This document shows, piece by piece, positions 43,799 to 53,899 of a stretch of DNA of 64,000 nt. A program made the position numbers and the translations under genes. The notes beneath the pieces are model-generated. The model searched no databases. It was given only the letters and a program-made list of their open reading frames with translations, and was not told the origin of the DNA. This DNA is from an uncultured Clostridia bacterium. GTDB lineage: Bacteria > Bacillota > Clostridia > Christensenellales > UBA1242. Within the stretch, counting starts at the first letter, position 1, and each line of letters begins with the position of its first letter. The stretch lies in the NCBI GenBank assembly GCA_944349905.1, contig CALVNR010000008.1, positions 2,424-66,423 of the forward strand, given 5' to 3'.

Positions 43799-46700
43799 CT
43801 AATCTATCAAGCCTTTCCTTTTAAGATATTTTATAAATTCAATATCATTCATTTTAGTCTTGCCTTTAATGTATGATTTCAGTTCTTCAACATTATTTGC
43901 TGGAATTGATTTTAATAAATAAATTGGTTCAGAATATCTCATTTGACTTGCACTTGTTATGGCCTTTAAATCTTTTCCGAATTTATTTATCGCACTATAC
44001 AATAACCAATCCGTCCATTTAACATCTTTTGTAAGAAATTTATATCCATTAAATTTACTAGATAAAATAAAGCATTCATCTTTCATTGCACTTAGTAATA
44101 CTTGTTCTGCTAATTCTGTATTGTATTTTGTTATCTTCGACTTCTCTAAAGAAATTATTGTTTCTTTATCTTTAAATACATATTCATCTTTCATCTCATC
44201 AACAAGACCAACTATTGATTCTAATCCTAATTGATTTTTATAAATCCAATCAAATAAATCTGAAATTTTAATTTCGTCAAATTCTCTTAAATAATCAACA
44301 ATCCTATCTCGTTTACCCAAAATTTCAATTCCTTTATTTGCAAAATTTGGCCTTTGAAACTCAAATTTATCTTTTAAATAATGTTGTATTATCGCAAATA
44401 ATTTTGCTTGTGAATTTATATTTAGTCTTTCAACCATCTTTCTATTTTTAATTTCTAATATCATCAGTAGTTCGTATGAATTATGTATACTGTTATCTCC
44501 ACATAAATCTTTCATTATTCTTTCGATATTATCAATATCTTCTTTCAATATATTAAAATTATCAACATGAATATATGTTTGTCTAAAACATAGAATTTCA
44601 TCTGAAGATAAAGTATTATATAGCATAGCATCAGAAACAATAGGAAATTCATTTTTTAATTCGCTCATTGTAACCTCATTATGTTCTTTTATGAAATTAA
44701 TTATTCTTTCACTATACCTTTCAATCTTTATGCCTTTATGAGCGAAATAAGGCCTTTGAAATTCATAATCCGCTTGTAAAAAGTGTTGTAATATTGAAAA
44801 TAATTTGAATTGTGTATTTATATTGTATTTCTTAATTAAAGGATTATTCATATTCTCCAGATATTCATAAGCAGCATAAGTGCTTGAAATAGACATATCT
44901 TTCAACATTTTTTCCACTAATTGTTTAAATATTGGAATATCATTTTCATCAATTTTGAAATTATCCACATGAATATATGAGCCTGAAAAACTAATAATTT
45001 GGTCACTATTTAAAGAATTTAATAAAACATTATCTGGAACGCCTATAAAGTCCTCTTTTATTTTCTTTAAAGAAACTTCTCCTTCTGCATTTCTCATATA
45101 TTCTATAATTTCATTATAGATTGATGATTTTTCTTTCGTTTTGCTAATGTAATCTCTTGAAAAATAAAATTCATCACTAAACAATGATTTAATAATACCT
45201 TGTAAATAATATTTGTTGTTAATGCCCTGTTCTTTTAATTCGTTTTCAAAAACAGTATATAATTGATTTGTTAATAAAATTTCTTGATTATTATTTATAA
45301 TATAGTCGTGAATTTTAATCGCTAATTCATCTGAAATATATTTGTCTTTTTGTAAGGCCCATTTTCCCTTATCTACCAAGATACAAATTGCTGTTATTCT
45401 TGAATACAAAGCTCTATCATTATCAGGAATTCTGTTGTCATTAAATATTTTTTTGTATTCATCTCTAAATTTTTTAATATCTTCAGCTTCGTAAATATTA
45501 ATGCCATCTGGAAAACTAGATTGTAAAATTTGCCTATATCTTGATAATAAATTAATTTTACTTTTGGAGTATATTGTTCCATTTAACTTAAATTCTTGTA
45601 AAATAATTGTTTTACAATAATCAAAAGGTATGTTAACCCCTCTATCCTTTATTGTGTGATAACATAGTTCTATATAATTATCCATTTCATCTTTTGAGAT
45701 GCAGTCTTTTAGGCTATTGGCTTTTGATAATAGTTCATTATACCAATCATACTCGTCAATGTAATAAAAAATATCTAATTCATCGATATAATTTAAATCC
45801 ACAATATCAATTTTCTTTAACATATACCAAAATAATTGTGGATAAAAACTAAAAATAGCTTCTATGTCATTTCTTGTTAAATATGCTTCATTTCGTGAAA
45901 AAGCCCTTAATAATCTTGTTATAGTTCCACTCTCTGAACTATAAAAATTATTAAACAAGTTTAAATATTTTAATTCTATTTGTCTAATTCTTTCTCTTGA
46001 TGTATCAAAATATTTTGATGTTTCTTCTAGGTTTAAACCACTCTCACGATAAATCATTATTTCTACATATTTTTGCCATAAAGAGTTTGGAACATTTGAA
46101 GCATTTACCCTTTGTAAGATAAGTTTAAATCTTTCATTTAAATAGTGTGGTAAACTTCTTTGTAATATTTTTAACAAATTAATAAAGGTGTCTTTATATT
46201 GATATAAAGATTTGATTTTTTCATTGCCAATAGTTTTTAATTCACTTAACTTAGTAATTCCAAGTGTTCCTATAAGTGGTGCCATATCAAATGGAAAAAT
46301 GTATTTTATATTTGAATTAAGATTGTCTTGATGTATTAATTCAAAAAGTTTATTACTTTCTTTCACAAAATTAGAAATTTGTAAATTCTTTTTCTCATCT
46401 TCAAAAAACATATCTATCAACTCTTTAAGACCATCAAAATCTTTAAAAACTTCGATAATTTCTTCGTCTGAATTAAATAAATTTAAGAAATTAAAAAACA
46501 TATCTGCATTTGATTTATCAAATAAATTTGTATTGTTGTTATCTTTAAATCTTAAATATTCTTGATTTTTACCACTAAAATCAATAAAAGCATTAAAAAA
46601 ATTTACTGTTGATTTTAAACCATTCTTAATTATGTATTTAACATACTCTAAACCTAAACATTCAATAATTTTAATAAATTTAAAACGATTGTTTACTAAA

Positions 46701-47350
46701 ATTCCCTTTAAATCCATTAAAGAAATTTCAGTTTGCTTATAAGGATATTTAGTTTTCAAATCTTCAATATAACTTTTTAAAACAATTTTATCTGAATTTA
46801 AAAATTGAGATAATTTAGCTCGATTAAATGAATTTATATTAAAATAATGTTTTAGATATTCATAACATTCTAAAAAATCTAATCTTTCAGTATGTTTATC
46901 TTCAAATAATTTTAGAAGTGCTTGTATGATTTTAGGCTTTAAAACTTTTTGTATTTTTGTGCAATAATAGTAATAATCTTCTGAATATTTCTCTTTGATT
47001 GCTGGATTGTATAGAATAACTTTTTCTTCTACTTTATTAGTACTTTCACTTTCTTCTTTTTCTACATTATTAGTATTTATATTTTCCTTTTTTGCCTCAG
47101 CTTGTTGCCCATTTAATTCAAAATTAGATTTTGCATTATATTTTTCAATAGCTTCTTTAACTATTTGTTTGCTTATAATTTCATGATTGTCAAATAATGA
47201 GATAAAATATGAATAAGAAAAGGCAGTTCTATTTTCGTATTTATTTTTTAATTTTTTAAACACCAAATAACTTCTCTGTGGACCTATACACTCTTCATTC
47301 AAAAAAGTTAATGTATCTTGTATAATTTGTAGTTCAATATTTTCAATCAT
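43799..47350 (-). CDS. 1183-aa multi-HTH protein with a sigma-70 region-4-like motif and tandem internal repeats
   Basis: ETSKYFDTSRERIRQIELKYLNLF is the region 4.2 hallmark (about 45.97-46.04 kb). There are three repeats of about 130 aa (NAEGEVSLKKIKEDF.. / EHNEVTMSELKNEF.. / EFDEIKISDLFDW.., each followed by ...YIHVDNF...INTQFKLFSILQHFL..FQRP.FA.KGI). It is the last gene of the Type III operon. An 8-bp inverted repeat, CTTGATAG-N8-CTATCAAG, overlaps its stop codon. Confidence 0.7.
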   Translation of the reverse strand: MIENIELQIIQDTLTFLNEECIGPQRSYLVFKKLKNKYENRTAFSYSYFISLFDNHEIISKQIVKEAIEKYNAKSNFELNGQQAEAKKENINTNNVEKEESESTNKVEEKVILYNPAIKEKYSEDYYYYCTKIQKVLKPKIIQALLKLFEDKHTERLDFLECYEYLKHYFNINSFNRAKLSQFLNSDKIVLKSYIEDLKTKYPYKQTEISLMDLKGILVNNRFKFIKIIECLGLEYVKYIIKNGLKSTVNFFNAFIDFSGKNQEYLRFKDNNNTNLFDKSNADMFFNFLNLFNSDEEIIEVFKDFDGLKELIDMFFEDEKKNLQISNFVKESNKLFELIHQDNLNSNIKYIFPFDMAPLIGTLGITKLSELKTIGNEKIKSLYQYKDTFINLLKILQRSLPHYLNERFKLILQRVNASNVPNSLWQKYVEIMIYRESGLNLEETSKYFDTSRERIRQIELKYLNLFNNFYSSESGTITRLLRAFSRNEAYLTRNDIEAIFSFYPQLFWYMLKKIDIVDLNYIDELDIFYYIDEYDWYNELLSKANSLKDCISKDEMDNYIELCYHTIKDRGVNIPFDYCKTIILQEFKLNGTIYSKSKINLLSRYRQILQSSFPDGINIYEAEDIKKFRDEYKKIFNDNRIPDNDRALYSRITAICILVDKGKWALQKDKYISDELAIKIHDYIINNNQEILLTNQLYTVFENELKEQGINNKYYLQGIIKSLFSDEFYFSRDYISKTKEKSSIYNEIIEYMRNAEGEVSLKKIKEDFIGVPDNVLLNSLNSDQIISFSGSYIHVDNFKIDENDIPIFKQLVEKMLKDMSISSTYAAYEYLENMNNPLIKKYNINTQFKLFSILQHFLQADYEFQRPYFAHKGIKIERYSERIINFIKEHNEVTMSELKNEFPIVSDAMLYNTLSSDEILCFRQTYIHVDNFNILKEDIDNIERIMKDLCGDNSIHNSYELLMILEIKNRKMVERLNINSQAKLFAIIQHYLKDKFEFQRPNFANKGIEILGKRDRIVDYLREFDEIKISDLFDWIYKNQLGLESIVGLVDEMKDEYVFKDKETIISLEKSKITKYNTELAEQVLLSAMKDECFILSSKFNGYKFLTKDVKWTDWLLYSAINKFGKDLKAITSASQMRYSEPIYLLKSIPANNVEELKSYIKGKTKMNDIEFIKYLKRKGLID

Positions 47351-47369
47351 AGAACCACCCTATCTCCTT

Positions 47370-50300
47370 TTAACCGTTTTTCCTTTTAAAATCTTTAAAG
47401 TTTATTGCTACATCAAAAGCAACATCTTGACCCAAAGCTTCAAAGTGTTTTTTACCACATTTAATTTTTATACTCTCTCTATCTCTTAAATCAAGATAAT
47501 TGGTTGAGCCTTTTGTTTCAATTACAAAATATAGTTTCTTTTCATTTTCTGTTTCAACATAAACTGCCCAATCTGGTGTATAATTCCCGATTGGTGTTGG
47601 AATTTTGAACTTATCTGGTATTTTAAAGAAAAGTTTAACATCTCCATCGTTGTCAAGTTCGGTAGCAAAATCGCGTTCTATACCCGAATTATCATATACA
47701 ATATGGTCATATAAAGAATGTTCCACAGCTATTGCATTTTTATCTAAATATGCAAATACTTCCGCGTTGCTTTCTAAATCAAATATATCAACAAAAGAAT
47801 AAGATTTACCTATTTGTTTAGTATATGTTATTCCATCGATACACTCGTTTGCACGAACATAATTAATTATTTTTGTTACTTCTTCAATATATCTTTGTGG
47901 ATTATTAACAAAATCTTGCAATCTATTAGATTTTAATATAATTTGACCTACTGTATTTCTTGTTAATTTACAATTCTCACTTATTTCGCGGATAATATCT
48001 GGAATTAAAAATTCGCTATCAACTTCTTCAAATTTAGCGCCTTGTGATGTGTAATCGATACCTCTTTTATCAATATTGATTTTAACTGTTTCTTTTGCGA
48101 TTTTTATCTTTTGAATTTGTGGCATTTCTGAAATAGATTTAACACATTTTTCAATCAATTTATCTTTGTCCATATTGATACGATAAATTGTTTTTTGTTT
48201 AATTTTATTCCATATAGATTGAAATTCTGGTTCCTCAAATAAATTATCCTTTCTCTTGACACAAACTTGTTTATACGCTGGCATAACAACAACTTTCTTA
48301 TCAGCTTTCTCTATTTGATTTACAATTCTGTCTTTTGCTCTTTCAAACTTTTTAGGTAAATCAATAGTTCCGTTCTTTAAGTCATTTTTAAGGGTATCTT
48401 TCATTTTACCCTTTGTGTCAATATAGTTTTTAGTCCTAAAAAAGTCTAAAAGTTCTCGTGCATCAGTAGCACTCGTTGTCTTTTCTTGCCCTTGTTCATC
48501 AGTGTATGAGATATTAACAAACATATCAATATCAAGAATACCAAACTTAATCCCTGTTTCTTCTTCAATTTCTTTTTGTAGTTTATCAGCAAATTCGGCA
48601 AAATTTTCTTCTGCTATAACATGTAAAATATTGATATTTTTATCGTCAACTCTTTCACCATCTTGATTAACACAAAGTCTTAGTCCACGTCCTATTTTTT
48701 GCCTACAAGTAAATGTAGTTTTGTTTTCAATCAATGTGCAAATTTGGAAAACATTAGGGTTATCCCAACCTTCTTTCAGTGCTGAGTGAGAGAAAATAAA
48801 TCTAACCGGACAATCAAAAGACAATAACTTTTCTTTTTCTTTCATAATAAGTGCGTAAGTATCATAATCGTCTTGACTTTCTTTTCCTTCGCGAGTATTT
48901 TTTATTTTACCTTTTTTGTCTTTGCTAAAATACCCATCATGAACTTTTGAAACATCAGTGTTATAAAAATCTTTAATTTCCTTATATCTAGGAAGATTTA
49001 TAAGTTCTTCATAACATTCTTCAAACATTTTAGCATATTCGCCTTTATCACTTTTTTCATTATCATAAACACGATATTTTGCAACTTCATCAATAAAGAA
49101 TAATGAAAGAACTTTGATTCCTTTTTGAATATACATTCTTTCTTTGTCAAGATGAGTTTCAATTGTTCTTTTTATCATTTCTCTTTTCTTAACGCTTTCA
49201 TCTATATCGCCAATAGATTGTCCCAACATTAAACTTTCAGTATTAGTAAACTCAATTTCTTCAAAACCTTCCATTGCGTTGATACCAGCAACAATATATC
49301 CGTCGTAAATATCTCTCCCCGTTTTTGCAACAAGATTTGTGTTAGGTCCTACTGTAATTGTATCTCTTTTTGTTGTTCCATCTTTTTTCTTTAAATCTAC
49401 TTCGAGTTTTGCCTTATATCCAGAACTAGCGTCAACTGACAACAATTTAATATATGGTTTATTGTAATCATCTGCAAGAGTATTATTAACTACACAAATT
49501 TGCTTTACTATGTGCATATTATATGCGTCAACCGGGGTAAGTCTATAAACTGTATTGATTTTTTGTCTATGAGTTGCCGAATACCTTAATTCAAATAATG
49601 GATTTAAACTTTCAATAGCTTCTCTTGATTTTGATGTATTATCAACACTTTGTGGCTCGTCAATAATAATGATAGGTTTACATTCTTGCATATACTCTTT
49701 CGCTGTTCTATCCATTGAAAAACTATCTTTTGGTGGTTGATTAAAAAGATTTTCACTCTTTTTAAACGCATCAATATTGATAATCATTATTTCAAGATTT
49801 GTTGACTCCGCAAAATCTTTTATTTCATAAAGTTTGTTAGAATTATAAATAAATGGCTTTAATGTTATACCTTCATATTCGCGTTTGAAATAATCACGAG
49901 TAGTTTGCATAGACTTGTATGCACCTTCTCTAATTGCAACACTAGGAACAATAACAACAAATTTTTTAAATCCATATTGCTTATGTAATTCAAGAATAGT
50001 TTTAGTATAAACAAAAGTTTTACCTGTTCCCGTTTCCATTTCAATATTAAAACGAAGTTCTTTTAAGTCAGTAAGTGGCAAAAGATTTCTGTCTTGAATT
50101 TCGTGCATATTTTTTTCAATTTGTTCCATAGATAAATCAAGACTATTGCCATATCCTAATAATTCATCTTTGCTAAAATCTAAAATATCTAATTTTTGCA
50201 TAGAAAAAGTTGTAGGCACATTTTTAGCACCCCTAAACAAGTCCACAACAGACATAACCGCTTTATCTTGAAATTCTTGTTTCTTAAATTTAAGTTTCAT
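47370..50300 (-). CDS. res: Type III restriction enzyme Res subunit (SF2 helicase + PD-(D/E)xK nuclease)
   Basis: 976 aa with motif I METGTGKTFVYTKT, motif II IIIDEPQS, motif V EGWDNPNVFQICTL and motif VI QKIGRGLRL. The C-terminal nuclease motif is YTPDWAVYVE...YFVIETKG. Confidence 0.88.
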   Translation of the reverse strand: MKLKFKKQEFQDKAVMSVVDLFRGAKNVPTTFSMQKLDILDFSKDELLGYGNSLDLSMEQIEKNMHEIQDRNLLPLTDLKELRFNIEMETGTGKTFVYTKTILELHKQYGFKKFVVIVPSVAIREGAYKSMQTTRDYFKREYEGITLKPFIYNSNKLYEIKDFAESTNLEIMIINIDAFKKSENLFNQPPKDSFSMDRTAKEYMQECKPIIIIDEPQSVDNTSKSREAIESLNPLFELRYSATHRQKINTVYRLTPVDAYNMHIVKQICVVNNTLADDYNKPYIKLLSVDASSGYKAKLEVDLKKKDGTTKRDTITVGPNTNLVAKTGRDIYDGYIVAGINAMEGFEEIEFTNTESLMLGQSIGDIDESVKKREMIKRTIETHLDKERMYIQKGIKVLSLFFIDEVAKYRVYDNEKSDKGEYAKMFEECYEELINLPRYKEIKDFYNTDVSKVHDGYFSKDKKGKIKNTREGKESQDDYDTYALIMKEKEKLLSFDCPVRFIFSHSALKEGWDNPNVFQICTLIENKTTFTCRQKIGRGLRLCVNQDGERVDDKNINILHVIAEENFAEFADKLQKEIEEETGIKFGILDIDMFVNISYTDEQGQEKTTSATDARELLDFFRTKNYIDTKGKMKDTLKNDLKNGTIDLPKKFERAKDRIVNQIEKADKKVVVMPAYKQVCVKRKDNLFEEPEFQSIWNKIKQKTIYRINMDKDKLIEKCVKSISEMPQIQKIKIAKETVKINIDKRGIDYTSQGAKFEEVDSEFLIPDIIREISENCKLTRNTVGQIILKSNRLQDFVNNPQRYIEEVTKIINYVRANECIDGITYTKQIGKSYSFVDIFDLESNAEVFAYLDKNAIAVEHSLYDHIVYDNSGIERDFATELDNDGDVKLFFKIPDKFKIPTPIGNYTPDWAVYVETENEKKLYFVIETKGSTNYLDLRDRESIKIKCGKKHFEALGQDVAFDVAINFKDFKRKNG

Positions 50301-50312
50301 TTTGTTTTACCT

Positions 50313-51110
50313 TTATATTAAATTATTATTTTTTAAGTATCTTATATAATAAAATGGTATATCAATATATTCTACCTTATAATAATCATCATCTGGTAGT
50401 TCTTCATTAACCCAAACTATTGCACCACCAATGTAATTTTCATCAATTAAATTTCCTAATTTTTCACAAGCTAAATTTATGTCTAGATTTATTAAACCTA
50501 CAATACTCTTATAAATATAATCATTTAATTCATCTAATACTAAAAAAGCCTTGTTGATAGTTGGCAATAAATCAATAAAAATTTCCTTTTGGTGCTTCAT
50601 AAGTATTTGTTTCGCTTTTTGATTTATTTTTTTATCATTTAATAAAACTTTAATTTCTAAAAATAGTTTATTTTGAGAAATATGAGTGAAAGGAACACCT
50701 TTATGTTGAGCATAATTCCTTAATGCTTTTACTACCATATATTCATAACTTGTATCATATAATTCACTATCTTTTATTTCCAAAATAGATTTATTATTTT
50801 TAAATATATTTTTATTATTTTTGTATTTGTTTAAATACTTTTTCCAAAATTCAATATTTGTATAAAAAGCATTTATTGAATTGAAAATTATAGAATATGT
50901 TTCAATTTCATCGTAATTTGTTTTTGCACAAAACTCATTAAACTGTTTTTGTATACTTTTATAATTTACAGAAAGAAAATTCAAATATCTTAACTCATTA
51001 ATTATATTAATATGCTTTATATAGAAATCCACGTCTTCATTTGTGAGTTCAGATTTTTTACATCTTCCTAAATCATCTTTTAATATTAGATGATATTTTC
51101 TAATATTCAT
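50313..51110 (-). CDS. HEPN-like (Rx4H) protein inserted between mod and res
   Basis: 265 aa. MVVKALRNYAQHKGVPF contains an R-x4-H motif in a helical context, as in HEPN/Abi-type proteins. Its start overlaps the mod stop. Confidence 0.5.
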   Translation of the reverse strand: MNIRKYHLILKDDLGRCKKSELTNEDVDFYIKHINIINELRYLNFLSVNYKSIQKQFNEFCAKTNYDEIETYSIIFNSINAFYTNIEFWKKYLNKYKNNKNIFKNNKSILEIKDSELYDTSYEYMVVKALRNYAQHKGVPFTHISQNKLFLEIKVLLNDKKINQKAKQILMKHQKEIFIDLLPTINKAFLVLDELNDYIYKSIVGLINLDINLACEKLGNLIDENYIGGAIVWVNEELPDDDYYKVEYIDIPFYYIRYLKNNNLI

Positions 51111-53056
51111 TAAAATAACCTCATTTCTTTGTTGCGAGATTTTAAGATTTCTTCTGCGTTTACTAAAAGGTTGTCTGTGTTAAAACAACGATCAGCAAAT
51201 AGATATGTTCCAACACTTTCATTTGCAAAATCTTCAATATCTTCTATTGTTAAATTTGGATATGTGCAAACAAGTAATTTATATTCTGGTGCTTCAATTA
51301 TATATGCTTTATCATTTTGTGTTTTTGTTATTGGTAAACCCAAATCAATGCCATATTTAAGCATAACTTCATAAACCAAATCAAACTCATTTCTATCATC
51401 TTTAATATAGTCTATACTTGTCTGAATTCTATTTTGAATTTCATCAACATCTTTTGTTGGTGTGTTATCCCATTTTTTAAGATTAGAGCTATCAAGTTTG
51501 AAAACTTTAAAACCTAAATCAATTTCTTTGCTTGGATCTTTTTGCTCGATTTCATTTCCCGCAATTTTTATTCTTTCTTTTGCTATCTCTGTCAAAAAAC
51601 AAGGTTTATTATGTTGTTCACACCACTCAATAGCATTCTTCAATGTTTGTTTCTCTCTATTTCCTTGTGCTGTTTTTAAATTTTCTTTTAAATTTTCAGG
51701 TAATTGAACACAAATATATTTTCTTGAACCTTCATCTTCAAAATTTAATTCCATTACAGCGTGTGCAGTTGTTGCTGAACCAGAGAAAAAATCCAAATAT
51801 ATTCCATCTTTATCATTTGCACATTCAATAAGAGTTTTTATCAATTTTATTGGTTTGGGAAATTGAAAGACTTTTCTCCCAAAATAAGATTCCAATAAAT
51901 CCGTATCCTTTCTTGTTTGCATTTTAAAATATGCTCTAATTAAATCTAATTTTGATGAATTAATATATGTCTTTTTAGAACACAGATTACTATTATCCGC
52001 TGGAAATTTGATTAGATGTTCTTTTATCCATTGCTGCCAAGTTTGTAAATTACATCGCCAACCACTATTAGGAGTTTTTAATTGTTCCCCTGTATATGGA
52101 TTTGTTCTAGTATCATGTGAACCCCCTCTTTGTGGATCATCAATTGGCCCAATTCTATATACGCCAAACTCATCTGCATACTTGTAATTTGATATGTTTT
52201 CATTAGTTAAATTATTGTTGATATAATATTCTTTCAATAATAATTCAATTTTTTCATAGTTGGGCTTATTTAGATTATAAATTTCTTCCAATTCGTCAAA
52301 TATTGGATTCTTAATTCCCCACTCATTTTCTTTTGCTTTATCATATTTTTTAACATAAACAAGACAATATTCGTGAGCAGTCGAAATAATTAATGGATCA
52401 TTTTTAGGTGTTCCTTCAACTACGATTTGTGCTATAAAATTCTTTTCTCCAAAAATATCATCACATATATATTTCAAGTTTTTAACTTCTTTATCGTCTA
52501 TGCTAATAAAAATAATACCATCATCTTTCAGCAAGTTTCTTGCAAGTTTAAGACGTGGATACATCATATTAAGCCAATTTGTGTGATAGCGCCCATCTGT
52601 ATCTGCATTCGATTTTTGTGCTTGTCCTGTTTGCTCTTTATAATTTTTTATATTATCTTCAAAACTATCTTTGTAAACCAAGTCCTTTCCTGTATTATAT
52701 GGTGGGTCTATGTAAATCATTTTAATTCTTCCATTATAAGACGCTTGCAAAAGTCTTAATACTTCCAAATTATCGCCTTCAATATAAAGGTTTTGAGTGG
52801 TATCCCAATCTTTGCTTTCTTCAATGCAAGGTCTTAAAGTCCCAGTAGAACGTTTTTGTGCAAGTTTTGTTGCTTCTGTTTTTCCGTTCCATGTAAAAGA
52901 ATATTGTTCCTTGTTGCGATTAATATTTTCGCCAAGCAACAATTCTAATTCTTCAAAATCTATTTTATCTTCTTTTACAATACTAGGAAACAACTCTTTA
53001 AGTTTTTCCACATTTTCCTTAATCAAATCCATACTTTGTCCGTCTAATTTATTCAT
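51110..53056 (-). CDS. mod: Type III R-M Mod subunit (beta-class N6-adenine/N4-cytosine DNA methyltransferase)
   Basis: 648 aa. Motif IV (MIYIDPPYNTG) precedes motif I (YLDFFSGSATTAHAVM), which is the beta-class permutation typical of Type III Mod. Confidence 0.88.
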   Translation of the reverse strand: MNKLDGQSMDLIKENVEKLKELFPSIVKEDKIDFEELELLLGENINRNKEQYSFTWNGKTEATKLAQKRSTGTLRPCIEESKDWDTTQNLYIEGDNLEVLRLLQASYNGRIKMIYIDPPYNTGKDLVYKDSFEDNIKNYKEQTGQAQKSNADTDGRYHTNWLNMMYPRLKLARNLLKDDGIIFISIDDKEVKNLKYICDDIFGEKNFIAQIVVEGTPKNDPLIISTAHEYCLVYVKKYDKAKENEWGIKNPIFDELEEIYNLNKPNYEKIELLLKEYYINNNLTNENISNYKYADEFGVYRIGPIDDPQRGGSHDTRTNPYTGEQLKTPNSGWRCNLQTWQQWIKEHLIKFPADNSNLCSKKTYINSSKLDLIRAYFKMQTRKDTDLLESYFGRKVFQFPKPIKLIKTLIECANDKDGIYLDFFSGSATTAHAVMELNFEDEGSRKYICVQLPENLKENLKTAQGNREKQTLKNAIEWCEQHNKPCFLTEIAKERIKIAGNEIEQKDPSKEIDLGFKVFKLDSSNLKKWDNTPTKDVDEIQNRIQTSIDYIKDDRNEFDLVYEVMLKYGIDLGLPITKTQNDKAYIIEAPEYKLLVCTYPNLTIEDIEDFANESVGTYLFADRCFNTDNLLVNAEEILKSRNKEMRLF

Positions 53057-53894
53057 TAGTTTTCTCCTTTTTATGAAACAATCTTTTCCACCAAGAATTT
53101 TTACCAGAAGTTTTGTTATTGTTAGTAATATTTATTTCAGTGTTTACATCAGTATGTTTTTCTGAACTATAATTGCCTTTGCCTGTATTAGATTTGTTTA
53201 TTTTTTTATTAATTTTAGTTTCGTTACCTAGATTTCTTGATTTAATACTTGAATTGTCAAAAGTTTGTATATCAAAATTGTTAAAAATTATTGATTTGCA
53301 ATTGTCCACAATTGATGTTATCTCTTTTTTATTTAAATCAAAATTATCTATATCAAACTCATCTAAATTACCAAATTTCTTTTCAAGATATACAACTAAG
53401 TCTAATACTTTACTTTCGACTTTGTTTATAACTTTAATTAATTCCGACTTATCTATATTTAAATAAGCATTAGAAATTGTAATAGTTGTGCCTTTTTGAA
53501 ATAAAACATAAGAAGAAACAGGTAAAGGAATAGATAAGTGTTTATTTTCATTATAATTTTCTATCATATTAACAATGGTTGCTATCGGTTGGAATAGTTT
53601 TTTGTGAGTTAAATTATCTAATGTTTCTTCATCAAGATTAATAGTAGGCAATATATGGTGTTTATAGGACCAAATTTTACCATATCCAATCATCTCATAA
53701 TCTCCCATTATGTTTGTAATTATTGACCGATATTCTGGAACTTGATCATCATCTTCATACCCATATAATTCTTTCTTTACCCAATTTACCATATCAATAC
53801 TTTCTAAGTCGTTTAATATAACATAAAGCCTTTTTAGAACAGACTCTAAATTTTTGCTTGTGGTAATATCTTTCAATATGTTACTTTTTGCCAT
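53049..53894 (-). CDS. AbiTii-like abortive-infection-type protein
   Basis: 281 aa. The N-terminal LKRLYVILNDLESIDMVNWVKKELYGYEDDDQVPEYRSI matches my recollection of the AbiTii domain (..W...EL.GY....VP.YR). It overlaps mod by 8 nt. Confidence 0.5.
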   Translation of the reverse strand: MAKSNILKDITTSKNLESVLKRLYVILNDLESIDMVNWVKKELYGYEDDDQVPEYRSIITNIMGDYEMIGYGKIWSYKHHILPTINLDEETLDNLTHKKLFQPIATIVNMIENYNENKHLSIPLPVSSYVLFQKGTTITISNAYLNIDKSELIKVINKVESKVLDLVVYLEKKFGNLDEFDIDNFDLNKKEITSIVDNCKSIIFNNFDIQTFDNSSIKSRNLGNETKINKKINKSNTGKGNYSSEKHTDVNTEINITNNNKTSGKNSWWKRLFHKKEKTNE

Positions 53895-53899
53895 TCAAT

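Noticed and set aside
51110-53056. Phase-variable simple-sequence repeat in the Type III mod gene
   Set aside because: No long homopolymer or tetra/pentanucleotide repeat tract is visible in or upstream of mod.
52427-53165. Plus-strand ORFs of 110 and 122 aa
   Set aside because: They are antisense to the mod and AbiTii-like genes. They have no RBS and their composition is typical of the antisense frame.
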